Of a stretch of 64,000 bases of DNA, positions 29,774 to 43,305 are shown one piece after another. Positions within the stretch are counted from its first letter, which is position 1; every line of letters begins with the position of its first letter. The position numbers and the translations under genes were made by a program. The stretch covers positions 23,436,001 to 23,500,000 of the forward strand of contig NC_043012.1 of the NCBI RefSeq assembly GCF_006345805.1. The letters run 5' to 3'. The notes under the pieces are model-generated. The model was not told where the DNA came from, made no database searches, and worked only from the letters and a program-made list of their open reading frames with translations. The DNA is from Octopus sinensis (taxonomy: Eukaryota).

Positions 29774-30362
29774 GTACAACAAATGTATGCATACATCAAA
29801 TATATGCAGTAATATATATATATATATATAATATATGTACAAACAAATGTATGGCATAGACAAATATATGCAGTATAATATATATATATATATATAAATA
29901 TATATATATCTATATATAATATATATCTTTACATTTATACAATATATCTTTCTTTCTATCTATCTAATCTATTATTTATCTATCTATCTATCTATATCTA
30001 TATATATATATATATTACACACACACCCACACGTTATTAACAATATATTTACACATCTGTAAATTTATAAAGTATGCATGCGTGATATATATAACATATG
30101 CACATGTGGGAAAAACTACACACATGTCTATTTACAATGAATTATAATTTCTTCACTGTGTACAAAGCTCATGAAAAAGAAAATTAGTCATATAATAAAA
30201 GTACTATGTCTTAGTATATAAATAAATATATATATTTATATATATATAATATATATGCCTGTATTAATATACATACATGTTACATATATACAATATATAT
30301 ATAATATAATATACAGATATATGTATTTCATATATATATATATGAACACATATGTTCGACCT

Positions 30363-30396
<34 letters not shown>

Positions 30397-30526
30397 ATAT
30401 ATGTGTGTGTGTGTGTGATGTGTGCATGTATACACTCACAGATACACATACATACAAAAAGACAGACAGTATTTGAATTTTCCTGAGGAATGAAATAGTT
30501 TTCTTATTTCCTTCAGATATTATGAA

Positions 30527-30579
<53 letters not shown>

Positions 30580-30784
30580 TCATATGCAAATGCATGTTTG
30601 TATCTATGTATGTATCATGTACATACATCTCTATATATAATATATATATATATATATATACATATATATATACATATGGTGTATATATTTGAATTATATG
30701 GATGATACCATACTAAATTTCGGGGCCTTATCTTAAGTACCATATTCAACTGAATCAAATTTTACTTACATAAAAATATATAAC

Positions 30785-30819
<35 letters not shown>

Positions 30820-30983
30820 CACCTACATACACACACACACACACACACATATATAGATAGATAATATATATAGATATATATTATATATAATACATAAATA
30901 TATACATATATATATATATGTATATATATATACATATACATAGATATATATATAACCTACATACATACATATATATATATATA

Positions 30984-31170
30984 TAGGGAGAGTTTACGAA
31001 AAAAAAAAAGACGAAGACAGGTGGTTTACAAAACAAATAGATGTATTAGTATAATGCTCAGGTGCAGAAAAAGTTTTTTACATTTCGAGCCTACGCTCTT
31101 CCACAGAAAGGGACACAGAAAAAAACAAGGAGAGAAGAAAATGTGTATAGTGGCTAACGTACTTCATACC
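30984..31170 (-). mobile_element. Penelope-like element terminal fragment (related copies 31433-31580 and 33770-33962)
   Basis: Shared motif CTTTCTGTRGAAGAGCGTAGGCTCGAAA(C)GTAAAAG resembles PLE pseudo-LTR ends; three copies in 3 kb, each abutting (TA)n. Confidence 0.55.
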
Positions 31171-31206
31171 AAAACTGACACAAGCCTTGTAAAGGAATTT
31201 ACGTAT

Positions 31207-31240
<34 letters not shown>

Positions 31241-31637
31241 GTAAAAGATCTTAGGCCAACAGGTTTTGGGGTCTGATGGTATGTCATAAAGCTAAACCCT
31301 TTATGGACGGGAAACCTAAGGTAATCTCATAAACCAGCCTTCCCCACTTTTTATATATACTGCTCTACATCTTAGAGTGTGCTTCTTCTCCAGATTTATG
31401 TTTTCTACAAATGATATATATATATATATATATAGGAAGCATTCACAAAAAACAAAAGAGGATAACAAACAAGTAGACAACAAATAGGTGTTAGTTTAAC
31501 GCTTGGGAAGTGAAGAAGTCTTTAACATTTTGAGCCTATGCTCTTCCACAGAAATGAATGCAAGAAACAGGGAGAAAAAAAATATATTATATATATAATA
31601 TACGCATACACACACATACAAACACACCAACATATAC

Positions 31638-31668
<31 letters not shown>

Positions 31669-33272
31669 ATATATATACATATGTATGTGTGTGTATTCTT
31701 TTACCTGTTTGAGCCCTAAGGATGTGGCCATGGTGGAGTACCATTGTGTGCATGAGCATACGTATCATCATGTCGTGAGAATTCTTGCGAGTTGTAAATA
31801 ATTGTCACAGGCATTCAAGGTGTGACATTTATTTTCAATGTTCCGTGGAAACATGTCAACCGATTATGCAGTTCGCATTCAAAGGATGAAGGAAATATTA
31901 GCTTAGTTGAGAAAAGGCGGCAGCATGCAACAGAAAGAACATCATAGGAACTGGCACAATACAAGAAAAACATGCCCTTCATACACGGACACTATGAGAA
32001 CAAACTGTTTTAATTTCCAATTTTCCATATTCCTCAATTTTTTTTTTATTTCTTAATGTTTTCTTATTTCCTAATCCTTGATTTTGAATTTTTAATATTT
32101 TATAAGACAAACATTCACACTGCAACTGATAATAAAGAAAAATCTTTAAACACATATCTGTCATGTTTCCATTTTTACTTTTTGCCTATAACCTTTGATT
32201 TCTATGGATTGTTAACCCCTTTTTAACAACACATACACACACACACTCACACATACAAAAGAATATTCAATTCTTTTTTAGTAAAAGTGCGTCTTTATCA
32301 ATTTTAAAAGGAAGAATTTGACAGTGACTTCGTAGTATCTTGCCATGTTTGTGTATGTATATGTGTATATATCTTTGATCTTTTACTTGTTTCATTTATC
32401 AGACTTGCAGTGATGCTGCAGCCTTGAAGAATGTTCCATTGCAGGAACCGTTTGTTTTTTGAAGCCTGCTACTTATTCTGCTGGTCTCTTTTTGCAACCA
32501 TTATGGGGAAGTAAATAAACCAACACCAGTTGTTAAGCAGTGGTGGTGGAGGGGAAAAAATGCAGACACAAACACACACTTTCACAAATATATATACATA
32601 TATATTTATATACATACACACATGGCGGGCTTCTTTCAGTTTCTGTCTACCAAATCTATTGACAAGGCTTTGATCAGCCTAAGACTACAGTAGAATCCAT
32701 TTGCCCAGTGGACATATGTAAAGGAGACATTCCTCACAAGTGGCTACAAACTTGAACAAATTTACAATTTGAAAATTTCAAAGATTTAACTTCTTTTATA
32801 ATAATATTAGTCATTTTCAGCTTTTCTTATCTGTTTGCACATGCATGCACTGACACCCCCCCCACACACACGTGTGTGTGTGTAGGTGTACATATAATGC
32901 CACTTTACTGCTAGTCTTATACAAGATGCCACTAAACCATATTATCCTACACAAACCAACTGATGAAAGAAATAGCTGTCAAACTAAGATTGCTCTGTAC
33001 ACAAAATGTTTATAGGGGCTTAGCTTGCACATACCCGCTTTAAGCTGTGGGTTAGAAATGTGTTCCCTTTTCCGTTTAAACTCACATTCTACAGATTTAA
33101 CATCACAACATGAAATTATTTGTAATTTGTATGAACTTTGTTAAACATGTTTCATGGAAAATACAATGACATGATAGATTCAGTGAGCTATAAACACGTC
33201 TTGTCAGTAAGTGTACACATACGCACTCATAAACACAAACATATATACACACACTCACATATATCCATATAT

Positions 33273-33636
33273 ATTTGACTGCGGCCATGCTGGAGCACCG
33301 CCTGTAGTCGAGCAACTCGACCCCGGGACTTATTCTTTTTGTAAGCCCAGTACTTATTCTATCGGTCTCTTTTTGCCGAACTGCTAAGTGACGGGGACGT
33401 AAATACACCAGCATCGGTTGTCAAACACAGACACACAAACACACACACATACATATATATATATATACATATATACGACAGGCTTCTTTCAGTTTCCGTC
33501 TACCAAATCCACTCACAAGGCATTGGTCGGCCCGGGGCTGTAGCAGAAGACACTTGCCCAAGATTCCACGCAGTGGGACTGAACCTGGAACCATGTGGTT
33601 GGTTAGCAAGCTACTTACCACACAGCCACTCCTGCG

Positions 33637-33638
<2 letters not shown>
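33273..33638 (-). mobile_element. SINE family A
   Basis: Reverse complement of the 7527 copy; 3' tail missing. Confidence 0.9.
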
Positions 33639-33669
<31 letters not shown>

Positions 33670-33960
33670 ATAGTAAAACTATTATTATTATCATTACTAT
33701 TATTTTTATACTTTCTAAACTTTCCTGTATTTTCTGGCCTTTCCTTTAACTCCTGTGTGACCCTTATGTCCAGCAGTCGCCATGATAGATCAGTAGCCAC
33801 TAAATGCATTTTTTTTCTCTCCTTGTTTTTTTCTGTGTCCCTTTCTGTAGAAGAGTGTAAGCTCGAAACATAAAAGACTTTTTCTATCCCTGAGTGTTAT
33901 ACTAAAACATGTTTGTTTTATACACAACTTGTCTTCGTCTTTTTTAATTTTGTGAACTCT

Positions 33961-34002
<42 letters not shown>

Positions 34003-34054
34003 ATATATTATATATATTCATAGAAACACATGCACACACATATATATACACATA

Positions 34055-35220
34055 CGGGGTGTGTCCCCCCAAAAAAACTTATACAAACTTTATTTCATTT
34101 TAGATTTAAACTACTGGAAATAATAAAACAAACCAGACTAAACTTTGAACTGGAAGTTTGGAAACGCACACGGAGATTTAAATATTTTAGGATGGAATTT
34201 TAAACAGGTTCACTTCTGCAGTTTACCATCACTTGAATTGGAGATAAGTTTGAAGCAGTTTGGAGACGTTCATAATGTTCACAAGGAATATTTTAGAAAC
34301 TGCAGACATCAATGAGTCCCACATACAAAGAAAGGCACTTGAACTGTGCTAGTAATGTTCAAGGAAATCTGTGCAGCAAAAGATAGGAATTTCATGACCA
34401 AAATGTCCTTGGATTTTGAAGTGCCACCATTGGAAATGCTACATTCCATGAATAGTCAATGCTTTCCATGAAGTTTATCTGAAGCAGAGAGTGGAATTTT
34501 GTGAGTGGTACTTGCCAAGATGTGTAGAATACATCAAAGATTGTTTGGAGTGATGAGGCTAATTTGAATTAACGGGCTCAATTAACCATTTCAACTGCAC
34601 TTACTGGGCACCTGAGAATCTGCATATTATTGAAAAGCATCATGTTAATTACACTATGGTGTTGCTTACCCTCAAATATTTTAATTAGATCATTTGTTTT
34701 TTAGGGTACTGTAACTGGTCCCATTCACTTGAATTACCTAACGCAATCTGTTCTTCTGAGCGTTCAAGACTAGTCTCAATTCATTTCTATCAGGATGGAG
34801 TGCCCCCCACCCCACACTACCATAGGTATATAAGGGTCAACTTTGATAAGGTTTTGTCAAACTGGTGGATTGGACAAAGTGGGTCAGTAGAATATATTCT
34901 GTATTCACTGGACTGCACACCACAAGACATTTCCTTATAGGAATACTTAAAGAATAAAGTTTACAGTAGAAAACTAGCAATGAAATGTGGATAGCCATTG
35001 ACCAAGAATATGCGCAAATATTGAATAAAATGTTTCTTAATGTTTGTAATTCCAGAGGTATATATTATCAGAAATGCCAGGATCAGAATGGTCATCAGTT
35101 TGAAAACAGGCATTCATAAACAGGCATTCATAAAATAATTAAACTCTAAGTATAGATTCTATTAAATTTTGAAAATGAAATGTATCTTAATAAACACTAA
35201 CTTTATAATTATACACACGG
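34055..35220 (+). mobile_element. Decayed Tc1/mariner transposon (DD41D/rosa-like)
   Basis: Remnant motifs RVEFCEWYL, IVWSDEA, YWAPEN, FYQDGVPP..HY, WWIGQSGSVEY..SLDCTPQD...EYLKNKVYSRK. Second-to-third Asp spacing is 43 with an apparent 6-nt insertion; stops and frameshifts present. Right end approximate. Confidence 0.8.
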
Positions 35221-35636
35221 AGACATTTAATGGTATGCTCCTCTTTACTATAACCCAACCCAGTTGTAAGGGGCCTCTTGCAAGTTGCATGGAAACCTCA
35301 CTAGTGCTGGTGCTATGCAGAGCTCCCAGTACGTGACGTAAGTGGGTTAGGAAGGGCATCCAGCCATAGGACTCATGACAATACATTCCTTGGATCTATC
35401 ATATCCTGTCAAACTGTCCAACCCATGCCAGCATGGAGGACAGACATTAAAGGTGGAGCTGGAAAAAAGGTGTGTGTAGAAAGGAAACAAAAGAGTACTC
35501 AATGAATTAAAGTTTATATTTGTGGCTAAACGGTTGGCAATCCAAATGGTGCTGTTACTTCGAGTTTCATAGGCACAAAAGCAGATGTAGAATTGATCAA
35601 ATGTGTGCCATGCTTCAGATATCTGAATCTGGTTGC

Positions 35637-36250
35637 TTAATGTTTAAGAGTTCAGATTAATCTATCAAACGTAATGCTTTATGTATTCATGTTGTTTTGA
35701 ATTACTCGTACTTTACTTTGTAGCTTTCAGATTTCCAAGATGTGACTGTTTATTTTTAGAATGACATTGTAATGTAGTAACGAGAGACCAGATATACTCT
35801 CTCTTTTACTCTTTTACTTGTTTCAGTCATTTGACTGTGGCCATGCTGGAGCACCGCCTTTAATCGACCCTGGGACTTATTCTTTGTAAGCCCAGTACTT
35901 ATTCTATCGGTCTCTTTTTGCCGAACCGCTAAGTGACGGGGACATAAGCACACCAGCATTGGTTGTCAAGCAATGCTAGGGGGACAAACACAGACACACA
36001 AACACACATATATATATACATATATACGACAGGCTTCTTTCAGTTTCCGTCTACCAAATCCACTCACAAGGCATCGGTCGGCCCGGGGCTATAGCAGAAG
36101 ACACTTACCCAAAGTGCCACGCAGTGGGACTGAACCCGGGACCATGTGGCTGGTTAGCAAGCTACTTACCACACAGCCACTCCTGCGCCAGTTTGAACAT
36201 AAAACAGGTAGAATACTTAGGCTGAATATGGTTAGTCTAAATGCTAAAGA
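35637..36250 (+). mobile_element. piggyBac-like MITE split by a SINE insertion
   Basis: The left part ends GAGAGACCAGATA at about 35795; the sequence resumes AGTTTGAACATAAAACAGGTAG...TAAATGCTAAAG after 36189. Confidence 0.7.
35797..36189 (-). mobile_element. SINE family A nested in a MITE
   Basis: Reverse complement of the 7527 copy with intact (CTCTTTTA) tail. Confidence 0.9.
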
Positions 36251-37592
36251 TCTAGAGAGATGTTTTTGCACCTATGAAACTCTGAGTAGTGCTTTTTGAA
36301 TCACCAACTTCCCAAACAAACACAGAGAAAGAAATAAGGGGCACACAAACAGAAATGGACCACATACATAGATCAATAGAGTTATGGTTATAATTATACT
36401 ATGCATAATGCAATAGTTACTAAAGTAATAATAAACATTAGCAGAAATGTATGTTTAAATATATACACTCATACAAATGCAAGCCATGAGCTTAGAAGTA
36501 GATTGTATGTAATAGCTTTGCTAAGCTAAGTACTATGTAGGATGGGTTGGGCTTTCGGCTTCTTCATTAGATACAATCATAATGAGGTGGTTTACAGTGC
36601 CATGTTAGTGAATTAGTTCTGGTTGGATGGGCATTCATTTAATGGACATGATGCTGAAGTCTGTTGATTGACAAAAACACCAGATGCTGATTTTGTTCTA
36701 ATTAACAATTTTTCTTTTGTCTACTCTAAAGCAATTTTTGAGTTATACAGACTCCAGTGAATATGCACGTCTGATGCCTAATGATCTAAGTTTGAAATTA
36801 TATATACACATATATACATATATATATATTAAGAAAAAAGAGGTAGTCAGGATTTGAATAACTCTCTCTTTAGCACTTTTGTCCCCTTTAGGGAGTCATA
36901 ATGAAAAGGGATGAAAGTGCTAAATAAATAGTTTTTATCCAAATCCTGACAACCTCCTTTTTCTTTATATATAAAATTTGTACACCACTTTAAACAATCT
37001 ACACACACACACACAGTATTTATATGATGCAAGTTGCACTATCTTATATTTGATTTTACCTGAAAAAACTGAAATGCAACTTATACACAAGTAAATACAG
37101 TATGTAAATACTGTACACACATAAATACATCTATCGGTAGATATCACCTGGCTAATTAGATTTGACAATTAATTTGTATATGAGTTAATACTTTACAAGA
37201 ATATATTTTTAGCTTTGGTCTAAAATAATGTTTGAGATCAAACTTAAAAATATATTCTTATAAATATTTTTTATAATATCCCTATATAACATTCATATAC
37301 ATATATAAAATATATGTATATAATGATGTGCTTTAGTAAATTTTTCCTCATAACTGAGAGTGATATAGAGAAAGAAATGGTAGTGTCTACTTCTTTATTC
37401 AGACCCAAATTTCTTCACCCATTTAAGTACAAAGATATCAACAATGTCTTACATAATCTGTAATTTTTTACAGTTAATCTATTCACTTTCATTCAGAACG
37501 GATTCTTGAAATTTACTTAACCCATATCACCTAACACAATGATATTTACATGTCTCAAATAATCTAATCTTGTTAAAGGAAAAAGAAACCTT

Positions 37593-37821
37593 TTAACTCT
37601 TTAGTGTTCAGATTACTCTTTCAAATGTAATGCTTAGTTTTTGGTATTCTTTGGAATTGGTCATGCTCTACTTCGCAGCCTTGACATTTTGAATGATTTG
37701 ATGGTTTACTTTTAATATGATGCTGTTGAGTAGATACGAGAGTACGGATTACTGAGGTTTGAACAGAAAACAGGTAGACTATTTTGGCTGGATATGGCCC
37801 GTTTAAATAGTAAAAGGCTAA
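37593..37821 (+). mobile_element. piggyBac-like MITE, diverged copy
   Basis: TTAACTCTTTAGTGTTCAGATTACTC...GTTTAAATAGTAAAAGGCTAA; same internal sequence as the 55598 and 62548 copies. Confidence 0.7.
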
Positions 37822-39377
37822 TGCCTAAAGGTAACAAGTTTCTGAAGTGTCCCCCCTCTCTCTCCACTGATATTAAAACTTTAGCCACAACATTATTGCT
37901 TGTTCTACCTCCAGTTCAATTCATGTCACTCCTTACTTAGAGCGAACCAGCTAAGTAGTTTGTAGTTCATACAATTAGTTTATACATCTAACGGTATAGT
38001 TTTTTTCTTGTTGTGCCAAAACAGTCTGTTTTTGTTTTACTAAATTGTGAAAATATTTGGTTTATGTTCCACTAACAGATTATGAGCTTAATCTTTAAAA
38101 AAGCTTTAATTCACACAAAGTTTAAGGATTTGTGAACAGATGATTTTGAAACTGGATAATATAAGGCTTCGCCAGCAGCAACCTTCTGTATAAAATACCC
38201 ATATTTAGAAGATCCCATAATGCAATGCATTATTAGTATTAAAAGAAATGTATTCAAAAATTTATGTCCATGAAATTTGATAAAAAATCATTCATTTCTC
38301 AAAGTTTGTGTGTGATATTAAGAGAAGTATAATTGTGATATTTTCAGTTGTGAATGCTATTTTAGTTGTTATCACATTAAACATCATATTATTTAAATAA
38401 AACCATTAGACATTCAAGGTGAAGGGGAAAATCATGCAAATATATTTATAACCTACAGATATACTAACACATACACACACACACACACACACATATACAA
38501 ACATAGACATGATGTAGAACTGAAATTATTGACTTTCATAAAGCAAGGGGAAAGCAAAAGAAACCAAAGAAATTATAAAAATTTTGGATTGCATCATTTA
38601 ATATTTCTGATGTAGTTTAGAGCTGGATAATTATTTACCAGCTTATTATAGACATGATAGCGTCGTAGAGGACAAACATTAAAAATTTGAAAGGTTTTAA
38701 TGTAACGAGATGGAATGTGGTTGGGAAGCAGCTTGTCACATGGCAGTACAATTCAAAGCCATGCTCAATTCACCCATAAAAGTATTTACTTTCAGTTTGT
38801 GCATAGTTTACCATATTTGGAATTTAGGAATGGACAAGTTCTACTTTTTATCTGTTCATGCATGACACTATATAAAGATATAAATTATTTAAATATGAAT
38901 GCACAGATATATTGTGCACAATATAGTGATATTCTTGCAAATACAATAGTAAACGCATGATTCCACAAATACTTTAATTGGTGGCATGGTTCTATGGCTA
39001 TTATTTCATGCATTATCCTCAAATAGAAATGGAAACACCCGAAATTCATCTAAAAGTTTTGATTAGAGTGATTAGTCAAATAGTTTTGGTAGAAATACAC
39101 AGACCAGGTTAAAAGTTGCAGCAAACTTCTCCAAATGAAATAACATGGTTCTTCTAATGGCATTGGTAAAATTGCAATTGAGAGCAATAACATTGTATTT
39201 TGAACTATAGAGTGTGAAGCAAAAACCAAATTCTTCAAACTGAAATACTAGGCAATATAATTTCTAATTAATTAAATTTATTGACTATGAATTGAAGTAA
39301 ATTCCACATAAGCTAACCACGGCACTGGATTTAGTGAATAGAAGGAAACTAAAGGAAGCCCACTGTATGTGTGTGTG

Positions 39378-39418
<41 letters not shown>

Positions 39419-39799
39419 ACACAAACACACACATTTATATACATATATACAAAAACACATACATACATATATGTATCTACATGCGTCTATATATTTTAGT
39501 ATGTGTGTGTGTGTGTGTGTGTGCACACGCACACATGCATGTGTATACTCATGTCTACACATCATGTGATAGTAAATGAACATCTTCACCATAAAGCACT
39601 TCTATACATGGCTTGTATGGCTCTCACACCAAAGAGAGAGAAGGAGAGAGAGAGAAAGAGGGGATATAAGAGATACATGGATATAACACAGATGATAGCA
39701 GAAATGCATACATACATACATACATACTTATACATATACACATTACAATGTACACACTCACACATTCGTATAAATGTTAAGTTTTAATTATGTCTGAAG

Positions 39800-40030
39800 A
39801 TCCATCTTGTAAATGCTCCCGGGGTCTCACAGGGCTTCAAATCAACATCAGCCTCCCATCTTTGCCCAGTATATCCAGCCAGGGTTGATCAAGTCCCACC
39901 TTGCATTCCAACGGCAGCAAGCCACTGGTCTGTCCCCTTTATCTAAAGCCCCCTTGTGACCTTCTCTGCTGATTCAATGATGGAATTTATAGTCACCACC
40001 CACCCTGCCTCTTTGCTGCACCAGTAACTC
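39800..40030 (-). mobile_element. 3' fragment of an R2-group (HERO/NeSL-like, RLE-type) non-LTR retrotransposon
   Basis: Minus strand across a frameshift: LTRLGVTGAAKR...INSIIESAEKVTRGL*IKGTDQW, resembling the LGITG...AAEKASRWLWIKR..W C-terminus as I recall it, followed by a similar 3' UTR. Confidence 0.55.
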
Positions 40031-41789
40031 CAAGTCTTGTCAGGACTTCATAGAATTGAAATTTGTATACATGTTTCCACCAGTGTTGTAACATCAAAAG
40101 TACTTTCCTGAGAACAATAAAATATCTGATATCTAATCTGCATTTCTATCATTTTAAACTATTTTAATAATGGTTTCTTACAAAAGATTAAGATTCCTGG
40201 AAGGAGAATTATTCTGTGATGGTCCTGCTTATTTTGAGAGAATTAGTAATGTGAAAGTTAAATTTAAACAACTATGGGCTCATGACAATTTAGGGGCTTT
40301 TGGTGTGGCCAGTCAACCTATTACAAGTGTAGTTCAAATCTTCCTCAAATCACACTTACTACAAGACATGGTTGCCCAGAGGAGCAACGTGTCTAGGAAA
40401 ATGATGAAATGGTCATCACTGAAATATGTAATCGGGGCTGACCGGCAGTAGACAATACCAACAACAGATGATGATTATGATTATAATGGTGATAAGCAAT
40501 TGAATTTCAAAAAGATATAAATAAATTTATATATGAATATCTAATGTAGGATAAAATTTTTTTCGAAAAAAATTATTTTCCTAAAAAAATTTCATCAGCA
40601 TATTGAAAAATACCCTTAAAGGTTAAATTTGTAAATAATTCGTAAATAAGGGCAAAGGAAAAAATTTCTAATGCCCTTATTTACGAATTGTTTATATATA
40701 AATATATATCTCAAGGTGGTTGGTGCTCCAGCATGGCCGCCATCAAATGACTAAAATAATTGACAGAATATTTTTTCAAAGTTTGAATGGATCACCATCT
40801 TTCCTACAAATGTCCTTTGCACAACATATCTTATTGCTGCTGCACAGTAGCAAGACATCCTATGGATACAAATACCTCTTTGTGTTGTCTGTTATTTTCT
40901 TTTACAGTCCTTACTGCTTGTTTTGTTTTATACATTTTTCCTCCTAACTCAGTTTTTTTTTACTATTCAGTCTAGAAACCTCACCTTCTGCTGTACTAGT
41001 CTTATTTTTTCCGTTTCATGTTCATCAATTATATCTCTTTACACCCAAGCAACTTATGTTGCTGTCACAACCAAATTGAACAATATTATCAGAAGTTGTC
41101 GAAACTGTGGTGATATTTGGCTAACAACTGATGAAGGGTTCAGCATGTCTGTCTCCATTGTATATGTTCTTTTGTTGTGCCACATTATTATCATGTAATA
41201 GAAAGAATGATAATAACGACAGCACTAATGAAGTTATAGTATTAGTTACTACTAACAATAGTTAAAAATAACTATTATGTGGTAGTAATAACCCTGCTAA
41301 CGACAACAACAACAAGTAAAAAGTAAATGTCAAATGCTTACTTGTCTATTACAATATAACAAAAATAATTCATTCTGGGTCACAGTTTGGGAAATAGACT
41401 GTGAACCCTTGGGGACCTCAGACAATTGAATAAATCCTAATATCCCACTTCTTTATTACTTTTTTCTGTATTCTTTTTCTTTATATTTGTTTGCTCTGGT
41501 ACAAAGAGTTGTACAGTCACAGACTTTCAAAGACGAATGAGAGCGACAAGGATAATGTTCTCTGTGAACATTTGCAAGTTGAAAGCAGTGAGAACAACAT
41601 GAACGAAGTGGTCTGTGCAAGTGAGTGGGAGATCTGGGGGTCTCAACCCCAGTACATGACTGGTATTTTATTCCATAGGCTTTGGAATAATAAATGACAA
41701 GGTGAACTTTAATGAAATTTGAACCCAGAATGCAAAGAGCTGGAATACATACTGCAAGGCATTTTTTCTAACACTTCAATGATTTTACC

Positions 41790-41796
41790 AATCCAC

Positions 41797-41844
<48 letters not shown>

Positions 41845-42557
41845 AATAATAATAATGATCATAATCATGGTTTCAAATATTGCCACAAGGCCAGCAATTA
41901 TGGGGGAGAGCATGAGTCGATTACATCAACCGCAATGTTCAACTGGTCCTTATTTCATCAACCCTAAAAGGATGAAAGGTAAAGTTGATCTTGGTGGAAT
42001 TTGAACTCAGAACTCAAAGAAGGACGAAATGCTACCAAACATTTTGTCCGGCATGGTCAAAAGGTCGAAAGGTTAAGTTGACCTCCGTGGGAGGACTTGA
42101 ACTAAGAACATAAAGAACTAGAAGAAAGACTGCAAGGCATTTTGACCAGAACTGATGTTACCTGAGCAGGTATAGATGGTGAGCCATGTGTCAGGTGTCC
42201 AAGTGATCGTAGAGCAATGTGAGATGAAGTGGTTTGCTCAAGAACACAATGCATCCCCCAGTCTAGGAACTGAAACCACGATCTTGTGATTGCAAGTGCA
42301 ACACCCTAACCACTAGGCCAATAATAATAATAATCCTTTCTATTATAGGCACAAAGCCTGAAATTTGGGGGTAGTGAGTAGTTGACTACAGTACTCAACT
42401 GGTACCTATTTCATCAATCTGGAGAGGATGAAAGGATGGAAGGCAGAGTTGACCTCAGTGGAATTTGAACTCAGAATGTAAGGGCAAACAAAATACATCT
42501 AAGCATCTTGCCTGGTGTGGTAATAAGTCTGCCAGCTTGATGCCTCATATAATAATA

Positions 42558-42588
<31 letters not shown>

Positions 42589-43305
42589 AATAATAATGAT
42601 CATAATCATGGTTTCAAATATTGCCACAAGGCCAGCAATTATGGGGGAGAGCATGAGTCGATTACATCAACCGCAATGTTCAACTGGTCCTTATTTCATC
42701 AACCCTAAAAGGATGAAAGGTAAAGTTGATCTTGGTGGAATTTGAACTCAGAACTCAAAGAAGGACGAATGCTACCAAACATTTTGTCCGGCATGGTCAA
42801 AAGGTCGAAAGTTAAGTTGACCTCCGTGGGAGGACTTGAACTAAGAACATAAAGAACTAGAAGAAAGACTGCAAGGCATTTTGACCAGAACTGATGTTAC
42901 CTGAGCAGGTATAGATGGTGAGCCATGTGTCAGGTGTCCAAGTGATCGTAGAGCAATGTGAGATGAAGTGGTTTGCTCAAGAACACAATGCATCCCCCAG
43001 TCTAGGACTGAAACCACGATCTTGTGATTGCGAGTGCAACACCCTAACCACTAGGCCAATAATAATAATAATCCTTTCTATTATAGGCACAAGCCTGAAA
43101 TTTGGGGGTAGTGAGTAGTTGACTACAGTACTCAACTGGTACCTATTTCATCAATCTGGAGAGGATGAAAGGATGGAAGGCAGAATTGACCTCAGTGGAA
43201 TTTGAACTCAGAATGTAAGGGCAAACAAAATACATCTAAGCATCTTGCCTGGTGTGGTAATAAGTCTGCCAGCTTGATGCCTCATATAATAATAATAATA
43301 ATAAG
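41790..43305. repeat. Direct tandem duplication of about 740 bp bounded by (AAT)n tracts
   Basis: ATAATCATGGTTTCAAATATTGCC at 41861 and 42602; GCCAGCTTGATGCCTCAT at 42531 and 43268. The copies differ by about 2 substitutions and about 4 single-base indels. Confidence 0.95.

Noticed and set aside
41095-41140. GAAAC...CTGATGA hammerhead-like words (also 3062 and 32960)
   Set aside because: No compatible stems or GUH cleavage triplet could be formed.
41500-41618. Plus-strand exon-like segment ending GCAA|gtgagt
   Set aside because: Isolated, no recognisable product and adjacent to SINE remnants; such donors occur by chance every few kb.
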